NCBI GenBank assembly: GCA_040954595.2
Contig: CM082591.2
Coordinates: 4,867,009 to 4,931,008, forward strand
Direction of reading: 5' to 3'
From: Balanoglossus misakiensis
Lineage: Eukaryota; Animalia; Hemichordata
Length of the DNA stretch: 64,000 nt
Positions 13,101 to 33,240 of the stretch are shown here, piece by piece (position 1 is the stretch's first letter; every line of letters starts with the position of its first letter). Made by a program: the position numbers and the translations under genes. The notes beneath the pieces are model-generated. The model did no database searches and was not told where the DNA came from. It saw only the letters and a list, made by a program, of their open reading frames with translations.

Positions 13101-16100
13101 CTCACCCGGATGTACTCTGTTTCAGTACTTCACCTGTATGCTGGTTGTCCTGATTCTGCAGTGCACTATCGCCATCTTGGCTTGGATCTACCACGACTTG
13201 GTGAGTATGACGTCATTGCTACGTCATCACTAACTGCGGCGATTTTAAGCGCGCCTGTTCAGCTAAACGAATTATCATCGTTTCATATATGTGTACTGTA
13301 CACCCTGACACGATACGGATGACGTCACAGTGTCGCAGTAAAGTTTAAGGTAGATAGTTTTTCCAAAATGAGAGGAAATTGTTTTTTTGTACATCTTACC
13401 TTTCTTTGTCTTGCACGGATTTCCTTGTAGGGATTCATTTTTCAATCTAAAGAGATAAAGAGAAGATAGAAATTTTGGTTACATGAAAATTAGTAGTAAT
13501 TCATTTTGCTTTTTAAACAGTAGAGTTCAGATAATTTGGTTATCAATTCAAAACTTTACATGCCATTAGTGAACTCTGACTTTGCTATCCGAGTCATTCT
13601 AAGTTACAACTATTTTCCTTTTTGTCAAATAACATGCTATGTTGGCCCATCACAGCATCAAATGTGTACTCATGAAATCATTACGTTGCATTAATCAATC
13701 AGTATATGTGTGTATTACATCATACGTATCTGTGTTTGTGATATCCCTAAGTTATGTATGTGTATATCGTTCATCAGTGCTGTGTGTTGTGTTGCGTCGT
13801 TCATTCAAATATTCAGAACCCAGATGTTATTGATCCATTGCCAGGTGTCATTGTGTTAATCACTGCGATTTTTTTAATCAGGTGATTTTACAAAGCCTCC
13901 CGGATATGTAAATTCATTCATCTACACGGCATGACGTTACCGCGTCAGGTGGTATAGGTATTCAATGTTGATTTCCTGTACTTTCAAACCAGCATCAAAC
14001 CCATCCACAGACTTGTATTTATCTCACGCTGTGAGAATAATGTAACTTTGGAGGTAGGAGTGCACACCTCCACAGTGAGTGAGAAGTAAAAGCGAATACG
14101 ATGGCAGGTGGCAATTGTCATGAATGATTATCATAATTTTCATGAATTACGCCAGACAAAGAAACGCAGCAAAATCAACTTTTGGAAGGCTGGTTATCTT
14201 TTTGCTTTTGTTATCTTATATAATTGGATTGGAATGATTTTTTTCGGCACCAGGGGCGAAAATTGAGCGCGATACCTCCAAATTCAGAAATGCATGTCCT
14301 TGTTAAGATATCACGTCGGCTGCTGGAGGAGTCAGTGAATCCAAAATACGTGTTGATCCAAGCCAATTTTCACGCCCTCGAGAGAAATTGGTGCGAAAAA
14401 ATTGTTTTCCAAGGCCAGCACAATAATTGTGTTTGTTTCTTTAAACCCTTCTTAAACAATCCTTCACACCACTCTGACAAATCTGGGAGACCCCTTCCTT
14501 CTTCATGATATGTTGGATCATAAGCTGGTCGAACAAGACACACAACGAGACTGGATGACCAGACTGGTACCCGACGACAGATTTGAAGAATATTGACCGT
14601 TATCCTGAAAAAATGGAGGGTGGCAGAAGACACACTCCCCCGAAGCTTGAAATAACACCTTTATTTTATTCTCGGATTCTTGTAGCTCGTCTGGTGGCTG
14701 GACGATTACCTGCAGCAGTCAATTGACTATCAGTACGGTTTCTATTACGCACACACACGGGGTTGGGATGAACTCCAACGCGATGTAAGTAATTTCCACA
14801 GTTTTATACATTCTTGGAACAAATTTCATGAATTTGTTGTATGTTTTCTCCACTGTAGCTGATCTGGTGGTTGGACGACTTCATGCAGAGGTCCATCGAC
14901 TTTAGCTACGGTTACCAACACACCCATACGCGCGGATGGGACGAATTGCAGCGTGTCGTGAGTAACCATGGCGACCAGGAAATGGGGGCGGATTTAGTGT
15001 TAATGCACTAACCAGAGCGGTATATCGTTCGGTGTTTCCTGGCTTGCATGGCACAGCATGGCGGCGGTTGACTAACACTTTTATCTAAAGCAAGTCTTTC
15101 CTATTGCAGCGAATTTTCTCTTGCGAAACGTAATACTTTTGCAACTAAACCGACAGCTGCGAGCTCTTTGCCTGTAATAACTCGCATAGACAGACAGACA
15201 CACACAGAGACAGGCAGACAGCGGACGACAATCAATCAGACGATTGAGAGAGACACTCGGAGATTGAGAGAGAGAGAGAGAGAGGCAGACAGACAGACAG
15301 ATAGACAGACAGTGTGAGATCTTTCAATCTAGATAGACAACCCCTCGCTTCTCTTCAATCTGACCAGCACAACAGCGATTAACCCACGGTCCCTCGAGGA
15401 GAATCTGGCTGGGCGTTTCAGGCGCTTGCCTCAGCTGGATTCTAGATTCCTCGTGGAGGCCGGTACTGGGATTAAACTTTTTTTTCCAGTAGAGAGCAGT
15501 TTTGTTTTCTGCGTATGCATACTAACAATCTGCTATAAGTATAAATGCATGATATATTACGTTCGATGGTTCACAGATTAGCACAATACTCATCATATGT
15601 CTCGGAATGCATGAAATTTCAGTTTTGACAATAGTACGGTGAGTTGGACAAGACATTGTAGCCGTTATTATGACTGGTTATTTCTTGAATTCCTTGACAT
15701 ATTTTGATTCACAAATGTCTGTGAGCTATGATCTGTAAACCTGTCTTCTAATAATACCTTAACCCTGATTTGCGAAGCTATTACTGTCACTAACGATTTC
15801 GAAGCGTTGCCACAATCGAGTTCAAAGGACACCATTTTGAGTCTGAACACGATGAAATGTTGTTGCTGAGATCGTTGAGAATGTAAAACGAGAGTTACGT
15901 TATACTGTGCACTTCAGGTCTTTGGCAAAAGAATGTTTGGCAATTAGAATTGACAATTATGTCTCTCATCACCCAAATAAGACAAATATACGCGTTCGTC
16001 GATTTTGGCAGCGTTTTTCCTAACCCTTGTTTTATTTCTTTAATGCATCAATAATTGAATGTGTGAATCTGTTGTATTGATTTCTGTAAAACTTCTAGTG

Positions 16101-17294
16101 TTACTATGGTGTTTTCTGCTGCATGGTATAACCGCAAATCTTTCTCTTGTTTTATTTCTAATCTACTGTCTATGTCAGAAAAGTTTTCATTTGATTTTCC
16201 GGCATTGAGCCCGCGGGCTATGAGTAATTTTCAAGTTAATATGCAAATGAATTGTTAATATGCAAATGAATTTCCAATTTCTGACCAATCGCCTGACTGC
16301 AACGACTGTAATACCCTATTCCTGACTTCTCACCCTATCACCTTGTTCCCAGTACCAATGCTGCGGCTCCAAATCGTACAAAGACTGGCAGACGAGTCGC
16401 TGGTACCTCTCCGACCAAACCCAACACCAAGCCGTACCCAAGGCCTGTTGCGAGCAGGAGTCGGACTACCCAGCATGCACCCGTGGAACAATCAAGGCAA
16501 ACAATCCGGATATGCTGTGGGAAGATGTAAGTGTCAGGGAGATGCCAAGTACTTGTGGGTGGGGAGGGCTTGGATCAGTATGGTTATCCTACATTCTTTT
16601 TTGATATACCTGAACGTGTAAATACACCCCCCCCCCCCCCGACAAAAGGACCAGAGTTGTTCCTTTTGATAACTTGGAAAATACTTACAGGCCAAAAATC
16701 GGTTGCCAACAATAAAGCAGTCAGCTACAAATTGAGTATTGCATAATTGATCACGTCTGTGTGCTTTTGTACAAAAAATGATAGTTAACAATGTTGTACA
16801 CACCAGCCCAATCCAACAGATACAAAACACATCGAACAAGGGATAACAATATGCATTTGAAATTAAATTACATGTGTGGTTTCCACTTTTTTTCATTTCT
16901 AGGGCTGCCTGACAGCTATGATCACATGGGTACAATACAATTTGGAGGTTATCATTGGTCTGGCGTTGGCCATCGCTATCGTTGAGGTGAGTTCGATTCA
17001 CTGAGCAAGGATTACACACGAGTGGGTGCGGACAAAATAATGGTTCACAAACAGTGACTATCCCCCCAAACTTTCACCAGCCCCCGCCTTACAAAGTTCT
17101 GCCCAGGCCCTATCTAGTGGTGACGTTGCAACGGGAGAACGAGAGGGTTCAGCGTGCTCAAATCTATTAGCAGATTTGCTACTTTCTCATCGTTGGATTA
17201 AAATGTGTATTCATCATTTATTTTACAGGTTTTCAGTCTTATCTTCGCCTGCTGCTTATACCAGAGAATAGAAAAGGATGCCAGCTATGTCTAG
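10146..17294 (+). CDS. Tetraspanin A (CD151/TSPAN11/TSPAN4/TSPAN9-like), 249 aa per isoform
   Basis: Exons 10146-10205, 12654-12845 (GFFGCCGALRESKCLL), 13126-13200, 14686-14784 or 14859-14957, 16353-16526 (YQCCG..DW..VPKACC..C), 16903-16986 (GC..TM4) and 17229-17294 (FACCLYQRIEKDASYV*). All introns are phase 0 GT-AG, with exon sizes typical of tetraspanins. Confidence 0.93.
14686..14784 (+). CDS. Tetraspanin A exon 4a (EC2 helices A/B)
   Basis: ttgtag|CTC...GAT|gtaagt, 99 nt, LVWWLDDYLQQSIDYQYGFYYAHTRGWDELQRD. Confidence 0.88.
14859..14957 (+). CDS. Tetraspanin A exon 4b, paralogous alternative to 4a
   Basis: ctgtag|CTG...GTC|gtgagt, 99 nt, LIWWLDDFMQRSIDFSYGYQHTHTRGWDELQRV. Confidence 0.88.
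15187..15312. repeat. Compound (CAGA)n/(GA)n microsatellite
   Basis: Runs of agac and ga visible in the tetraspanin A intron. Confidence 0.75.
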
Positions 17295-17962
17295 ACACTA
17301 GCTTCTTGCAATCTTTACAATGTAACAGAATACTAGTACCATACGCCCTATACTAGTATATGTATATGATGTAAACAGACATTTAAAACAGTATTAATCG
17401 TTTAGTAGGTCTGTTACAAAATATGCTTTGCCCAAACGACGCCAAAAGAATTCTTTTCGACAAATTTGCAAGTGTTTTACAATTAAAATGAGCTATTTCA
17501 AATTTGCGATGTCGGTGTGGAAAATCGAAATAAGGGCTACAAATTTAAGTTTTTTTCCAAGTGTTTTTGTTTCTAACATACAGGCTAGTGTCACCCAAAG
17601 ATTTTTATGTAGAAGATAGTGAAGCATCGTGTACTTTTGTCATCTTAACTGCCTTATTTCTTGACTTGCTAATGAGTAAAATTGCCTCTGTACAAAATGT
17701 GTTACCAATAATTACCTAAGAGTGTAGTTAAGGGATTATATTCAATGAAGTGAAAGGGCCTCACTCGAAATATCCATACACCGACTCTGATCAGACTTGA
17801 AAATAGTTCGGCCAAACTAGCAGTCTGAAGACAACAAGGGCAACGTGTACTATACAAGGTACACATTTCTTGCTTGTACTTCTCGGACTTTTTTATTCAG
17901 TGTCCAATCTTTGAACCCTTTCTTCGTCATCAACACATCTTGCTTGAGCAGTAGCATCACTT

Positions 17963-18063
17963 AGTCTCGATGACCTCCTACTGGGGGCGCTACACTTCCG
18001 CCTGGACTTTCACCAGCCGGAAGTATAGCGCCATCACCGGAGAGTCTGGATCCTCCGAGACTA
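17963..18063. mobile_element. Short palindromic MITE in the probable tetraspanin A 3' UTR
   Basis: Ends TAGTCTCG...CGAGACTA, with internal inverted repeat GGCGCTACACTTCCG / CGGAAGTATAGCGCC. Confidence 0.55.
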
Positions 18064-20130
18064 CACTTCGTAGATTTTTTGTATTTGTACAAGTTCAGTT
18101 TTCCTAGTTAGTGAAACTCTCCTAGTCAAAGGTCTATTTGAAAAAAAATCGAAAATGCACTGTACCACAAGATTCAAATCGAAAGTTTTTATGATTCTTT
18201 TGCGTAATGATGTTTATATTGGAGCAACATATGTTTCTTATTAATAATTTGAAAATATATTTTAATGGTGAGTCAAGGGCCTATTTTTCTTAACATGTTT
18301 TGGCCAACAAAGCCATGTAGTTATTGGCACACTTAGTTATGGCTAGATTTGTCTAGGGATTTTTCATAAATGTTTATTTTCTGGCTGTGTGTAGTTGAAA
18401 CTTTTCAAAGGATGTTTTATTTCTGAGTGAGATCATCTGGTTATGCCTATAAAAGGGCAATTCATTTTTACCTTTAAAATATTCCAAAAATCAGAATATT
18501 TCTACAATGTCCTCTCTCAAAACCAGATAGGGTGAGGGACTAAATCATTTTTGAGTTGAAATCAATGAAAATGTTTGATAGGGAGTAGATGTTCTTTTGT
18601 ATGAAAGTTGGAGGTTCTTTTAACAAATATTTCCATTACTATTCTTTTGAAAAAAATACACAAATATTATATCACTGATTATGTCGTTATACTTGAAATG
18701 AAAATTGTATAAATATGTCTTCCTTGAGGGTTGACAATGTTTTTGTATTCCTATATCCAACTAATAAATACATGTAATTATATAATTCTAAGTCTCCTTG
18801 GTGTTTTGTGTAAATTAGTATACAGGAATAAACAAGTATTAGAGGGGGGGGCAGTAATTGTTAAGCAAAATTCCTGTTTTGAGTGAAATGGCAATTGACA
18901 GCACCGTAGCACAGTGCATTGACCCACTGGACTCTGACCTCAGGTGACCTCCAATACAACCATTAACGAATCTCGCAAGTGAGCTATGTTCACCGTATAC
19001 CGGAAGTGTGGTATTCGAAAATGTCGCGTCTTTGGACTTATAGTCTCCAGATGACTCAGTACTCCCACTTTTATTTTCAATACAAGATTTTCTTTTACAT
19101 GATTTTTGTTCAAATTAAACTCTACAATTTCATCTTTTTTTCGACACTATAGGTTTAGTTACCTCAGACGCACAGACACTACAGCTGGACTTCTACGTCA
19201 TAGACAAAGGGGTTTTTATTACATCACTACTACAAAATACAGCTTACAATTCTCATCTTAGACCCTTCTGAAACGACAAATAGGTTTCCATGGTAATAGT
19301 GTTAGTTTCCAGATTTATTTTAGACTTGCAATATCTTTTCTCTCTTAAGTAAAAGGCAAGTTCTGCTAATGGTATAAATACCAAGGCAGGGCTCGGGTAG
19401 AAAAAAATAGGAATAAAATCCACGAAATATGCATTGTTGGAACCGATGGCTAATCTTGTTTTTGAACTTCAGATTAAATTATTGTAAAATACACTTCAGG
19501 AGAGAAAAAAAATAAACTTTTGTTTTTGACTTTCAAGTACATCCACAGCCAATATCCACCAATGCAGCTTTTAGACTTCCAAATCTATACATAGTTCTAT
19601 GACAAGATCTCACAATACAAATTTCAATATTTCCCCCCTTTCAGAGACATGGACTCAACTCCCACATTACACGGTACATAGTCCCTCTTGTTTTAATAGA
19701 ATCACCCTATGTAGCATTACTGTTCCTATTGATGGGTGGTTACATCGGCCAAACCATGGCAAAATAGGGGTGGACTGGTTATACCCAGATTCATTCAAGC
19801 GTAAGTACTGCTGAAAAAAACATGGCCGACAAAAAAAATCACGGTTCTCTGTGATAGAAAACTGTACAACCCCCAAAGTAGCATACTGCCGTTGACATAG
19901 CAACCTCTCCACCCCTCCCTATGTGGAATAAATTTTACAATGAAAGATAAATACAGAAAATTCACTGACAATTAATCTGTCCCAAAAGTCATGGCATTTA
20001 CAAGGTTAAAATCCAGACAAAATAACAGGTATGACTGGATTACATTTTCTAATAGACTAAGTGTCCGGTTGGGTTTTTAATCCCTGCTGCTAGTATCGCC
20101 CAGTGTCCCAGAGTGTCTGACCCTTTTTTT

Positions 20131-28544
<8,414 letters not shown>

Positions 28545-28551
<7 letters not shown>

Positions 28552-28720
28552 CTTGATTAGGGTCGACCACATGTGTGGATATGACGTCACGAAAACGAAG
28601 GAACGTAAAGTTCGGCCGCCCTTGGCGCAGTAATCCAGGTCCCGGTGACGTCATGTCCATGCGCCCTGGTCAAGCCGACTTCGAAGGAACCGCGCAGCCC
28701 CGCGGATTTTTTAAAACCGT
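28545..28720 (-). promoter_or_regulatory. PRMT1 proximal promoter, CpG-rich
   Basis: YY1-type AAGATGGCGG overlapping the ATG, and two CRE palindromes TGACGTCA at 28582-28589 and 28646-28653. Confidence 0.6.
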
Positions 28721-29593
28721 AAAAGCCCATTTGTACCTTACTGTTGAAATATTTCGATATGTCCATATGCATTTCAACTGAAAAATTTAAAGGATTATAA
28801 CCCTACATTTTCATCAGATTCATTGACAGAAATTCACTCACTACTAAAATGATATTCGCGCATGAGTGACAGAACTTTGATTACTTTCACAGTCTCGTAA
28901 TTATTGAACTGTCAAGCAGGTTCACACAGTAATTTTTGAACTTAGGAGGGGGGGGGGGTTCGATCTTGAATTAATGAACTGCACTTTTTTATTCATTTTG
29001 GTTATTGCATTTTATTACCTTTTTCAGATTATGTCATGAAAGCAAAACATACTATCGGGTAACAAAATTCTGCTTACAGTAATCTTGAACCGAAATATTT
29101 GTAAGAAAGTAGTAATGTTAGAAGATATAGCAATGGAACCATGTTCGCAGCTAGAAATGTTTGAAATCTTAAAACATAATACTACAACTTAAAATATGCA
29201 AATAAAAAACGTAAAACTTCATTAAACTTAATCATGTACGTTGATTTATGATTTACTGAAACGAAAATCTTAAACAGAAAAAAGATTTCCAATCAGCTCA
29301 ATAATGAAATTGTCGAAAAGGTATTTGCAAACAACATATAAAATCTGTACATTCATTCTATACATATGTTATCACCAAAGAAACTTGGCACAATTTGGTT
29401 GCTAACAATATATACTAGAAAATTAAAACAGTTAAACTCATTGCAGATCTGGATAAATTTCATATCTACAAATGAATTGAACTGAATACAGTGTTTCTGA
29501 TAAACTTTGAATTCTTCCACTCTCTACTCGGTCATCTTTCTGTATTCATAGTTTAGCAGTAACTGCCTTGTCTTCTGTTGTGGTATCTTTTGA

Positions 29594-31795
29594 TTATTGT
29601 GCAAAAACATACACACGGTTATTTCCATTGTCAGCAACTATGACTTGACAAAGTGGTTCATCATCCGTAACACAGATACCATAGGGGAAATACAACCCAT
29701 CCTGTACACTATCAATCCGACAAACAAACCGACCTCCTGATTCAAATTTGACTATTCTGCGGTTACCCAAATCAGCAACATACACATTGCTGTGCTTATC
29801 CACAGCCACTCCATAGGGCTGATTCAACTGACTCCCCTTGCTGCCAAAGCCATACAAGAACTGACCATCACCATCAAATACTTGGATTCGATGATTGTCA
29901 CGGTCTGATACATACACTTTGCCTGCATGGTCGATGGCTACATATTCAGGATGGTTAAACTGGCCGTCACCACTACCCTGACTACCAAATGATTTGACAT
30001 AGCTGCCATCTTGGTTGTAGATGTGTACACACTGACCTTCATAATCCACAACATAAACCTTGCCAGTCAAAGGATGAATGGCCACACCTACAGGGAATTT
30101 TAACTTTCCCTTTCCAAAACACCTGATAATTAGGCCATTTTCATCACAGACAATTACCTGCACATTTGCAAGGTCTGTAATGAACACTTTACCATCCACT
30201 GACACAGCTGCATCATAGGGATTCACTGCATTGGGCTGATTTGTAAATTTGAACAGATTCTTGTGTTTCCCACCCAAAGTGAAAGACTGTAATCTATGAT
30301 TATTGTAATCACAAACTAACACATCTCCGGTTCTTGTCATCGTTACTCCACATGGCCAATTAAACTGACCAACCCCATCACCTTCCCCCCCAAATTTACA
30401 CACCAACCCCTTCTTGGGGACAACTTTAATTCTAACAGGTGAGCCATCTACCGGTTTCTTACGTACTGACACTGACAGTTCATGTTTGCCTTCTGTCCTT
30501 GCATGAGATTTCAAAGTCACTGTTCCATCTCTGTTATCAGATACTTCTACTTTCTCTGTCTTGTCTTCGGATGTCTTCATTGTTGCTCCAACCTGGCTGG
30601 TGTTTAAAGAAATTCTCTGAACGCTCTTTGTTGCCATGGTAACAGTGATATCATCACCAACTCTTACTGACTTTGGTGTCTGGGTAACTCTGTATCTCCT
30701 AAGCTCTTTTTGAACGACTCCTAGCCTCTTCTCAGCACAAAAGTCAGTGCACGCATCAAAATCAAAGTGGTCGGTCTCCACCGGCTCCACCTTAGTTTCA
30801 ACTTTCAGAAGTTCTTTCATTTGCGCGGACACTCTCTTTCTTGCCGTCATCACTTGCGCTGCATTCCCATAATGCATCAGGTTTTCGGCGAATTCCCGCG
30901 CATTTGAAAGATCATTCTCCATGATTTCAAGTTCTTTCAACTGTGAGTTCAAGTTCATGCTTCTTGTGTCGTATTCATCTTTCAATTCTGTTAAGAGTTT
31001 GTCACAATCGTTCTGCACCATGCGAAGTAAAGCGGCGCGTGTCTTTTGCGAGTGTGTTTTCACTTTCGCTTCTACTCTCTTGGAAGTGTCGTCCAGCGAT
31101 ACTGTCATCGACTTCACACCCTTCTTGCTTACACTTGCCTCGTCTTCTTTCACTTTGACTCTCTCGATCATCTTGGCCAACTCTTTGCAGTAATCTCTGG
31201 CAGCGTCTTTCACACAGCGATAGTCGTGTGATCGGTGGCTGAGAGCGGTACATTTCAGACAGATTGTCGTGTCACAGGTATTGCAGTAGAACTCGATCTG
31301 GTAGTCTTCGTGACTGGTACAGTAGGTCGCCGCCTGGACTGAAGTGGGGTTGGCGAACTTTGCAGACTGGTACTCGGCTATTGTCAGCAATTGGTGTGAT
31401 CTGGACATACGGACTCGGCTGTGAGAACTCGCACATATTCTACAAAAATCAATGTCACACTCAACACAGTGTTTCACGCTCTCTGCCTCCTCGCAGCCCT
31501 CGCATTTCCCAGCACCAGCCGAACTCCCGTCACGTTTTCCAAATTCTTCAACCAATTCATTGACAAATAAATTCGACGGTATACCCGACACGCCCCCTGC
31601 GGGCACTTTGTGCAAACGACGACATATCGGGCACTCCAACTTGCCAGTTTTCTTGACCAGTTGCTCGAGACACTCCTCGCAGAAACTGTGTCGACACGGC
31701 AGATTTTTAGCGTTCTTGTATCGCTCCGAGCAAATACCACAGACGAGGAAGTTGCCGTCGATTTTTTCCAATAGCTTCAACTCTTTGGAGGCCAT
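29594..31795 (-). CDS. TRIM-NHL E3 ubiquitin ligase (TRIM2/TRIM3/TRIM71-like architecture), 733 aa, intronless CDS
   Basis: RING (CGIC..CRHSFCEEC..CPIC), B-box 1 (CEGC..CVEC..CRIC..H..H), B-box 2 (CTSH..CNTC..CLKC..H..H), coiled coil, filamin (DNRDGT..GSPVRI) and six NHL repeats (GQFNWPCGV, GQFNHPEYVA, etc.). Start set at MASKELK, downstream of a splice acceptor at 31838-31840. Confidence 0.93.
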   Translation of the reverse strand: MASKELKLLEKIDGNFLVCGICSERYKNAKNLPCRHSFCEECLEQLVKKTGKLECPICRRLHKVPAGGVSGIPSNLFVNELVEEFGKRDGSSAGAGKCEGCEEAESVKHCVECDIDFCRICASSHSRVRMSRSHQLLTIAEYQSAKFANPTSVQAATYCTSHEDYQIEFYCNTCDTTICLKCTALSHRSHDYRCVKDAARDYCKELAKMIERVKVKEDEASVSKKGVKSMTVSLDDTSKRVEAKVKTHSQKTRAALLRMVQNDCDKLLTELKDEYDTRSMNLNSQLKELEIMENDLSNAREFAENLMHYGNAAQVMTARKRVSAQMKELLKVETKVEPVETDHFDFDACTDFCAEKRLGVVQKELRRYRVTQTPKSVRVGDDITVTMATKSVQRISLNTSQVGATMKTSEDKTEKVEVSDNRDGTVTLKSHARTEGKHELSVSVRKKPVDGSPVRIKVVPKKGLVCKFGGEGDGVGQFNWPCGVTMTRTGDVLVCDYNNHRLQSFTLGGKHKNLFKFTNQPNAVNPYDAAVSVDGKVFITDLANVQVIVCDENGLIIRCFGKGKLKFPVGVAIHPLTGKVYVVDYEGQCVHIYNQDGSYVKSFGSQGSGDGQFNHPEYVAIDHAGKVYVSDRDNHRIQVFDGDGQFLYGFGSKGSQLNQPYGVAVDKHSNVYVADLGNRRIVKFESGGRFVCRIDSVQDGLYFPYGICVTDDEPLCQVIVADNGNNRVYVFAQ

Positions 31796-32079
31796 TTTAT
31801 AAAACCAGCGCAGTTCCCTAGACAACCGAGTAGTGTTCTGCAACACAAACAGAAAATCGCGTGAATAAACGCCATGGTTTAAAAACAAAGGAATCGAGAG
31901 AAAAATGATAGACAGTTTCAGAATCTGTAGGCCTAAATGAGTGAAAAAAATAGCGTCAAGGACACTGTGGTCCCATTTGAGGATTACGAAGAAATAGGGA
32001 TACACCAGAATAAAAATTACAGGTGACATTGCAAGCAGATATTATCTAATCACATAGAAATATGGAATGTAAAAAAATT

Positions 32080-33240
32080 AACAAGGAACATGCCCAATAA
32101 ACTGCCATCTGTCATGGCAGTCTTACAAGTGGTGCGAGAAAAACTTATTTTTCACCAAAAATTGTCTGTACAAACACATATGACAAGCAACTTCTTTCAG
32201 TCAGCCCTGGAACAGACAGACAGACACACACACACTGACCTGCCACTTGTAATTAAAAATTTAATAGCTGGTGGTCTCTGTAACAGCTGTCCTATTAAAG
32301 TTATGTAAACATGTCTAATTTGGGGGTAACAACTCCTTGTCAACAGTAACTTTCAAAACAACTGGACAATTGGTTTAGGAGAAGATTTGCTAACCAAAAA
32401 CAAAGAAACTTACAAAAAAAACTTGCTAAATATTGAATATTTCTGATATCAGAATTGAATAAAAGTTGCACATATACATGTATGTGTTATGAAATTGTAT
32501 CCTAAATTTCAAAGCAATCAGAGAAAAAACAAATTTCAAAGCAATCCAACAAGCAGTTTCACAGAAAATATTTGTTCAAAAATGGCAAAAACACAAATAT
32601 GCAAATATCACCAAAATTGTACAATATCTTACTTCAAGCACTACAAGGAACATGCCTGTCAAAGCTCAATGCAATGTGACAAGCAGTTTCAGAGAAAACA
32701 ATTTTGACTAAAAATGGCAAATATTGCTCAAAATTATAAATATGCAAATTTTGCAACAATTTGAACAAAACTATGGTTACTCAGACAATTTGTATAAGGA
32801 AGCTTCATACTAAATTTCAAAGAAGTAAGCCTATCACTTTCAGAAATGAAGACTTTTTACCAATAACATGGAAAAATACAAAAAAATGTATCAAAAATAG
32901 GATATCGATAATATTAGCTCAAAACATACAGGACTGTATGAGGTTGACATACGGTACATGCATACCAATGTTCAAACCAATCTGACCAGTGGTTGTCGAG
33001 TATTTGAGTTTTGACCAATTTCACATTTTCCCAGTAATTTGCATATTTTTAGCAATGACAACTTCATTTGAACAAACTCCCATCTACAGCCCAGCCTGCA
33101 TCTGCACTCCAAATATCAAGGTGATACACGCAGCGGTTTTCAAGTTTTTGATGTGGACAGACATACATCCATATATACATACAGACGCAACCGATCCCAT
33201 ACCATAAGGTCCCATGGTATAAACCAATGGGACCTAAAAA
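32080..33240 (+). mobile_element. Interspersed repeat(s), Helentron/DINE-1-like, in the probable TRIM 5' UTR intron
   Basis: Internal AT-rich subrepeats (aaatttcaaagcaat), cagac/catac microsatellites, 3' hairpin AGGTCCCATGGT-ATAA-ACCAATGGGACCT followed by an A run, and homology to 22790-22941. Confidence 0.55.

Noticed and set aside
14470-14600. Possible third EC2 exon copy upstream of exon 4a
   Set aside because: No frame resembles 4a or 4b, and no suitable splice sites were found
14776-14784. QRD at the end of exon 4a resembling the CD151 integrin-binding QRD
   Set aside because: The CD151 motif is in the variable region after the CCG. This one ends helix B before the CCG, so the match is coincidental.
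31796-32029. 78-codon hydrophobic N-terminal extension of the TRIM ORF
   Set aside because: It crosses a clear splice acceptor (31838-31840) and includes a repeat terminus, so it is intron and UTR read-through.
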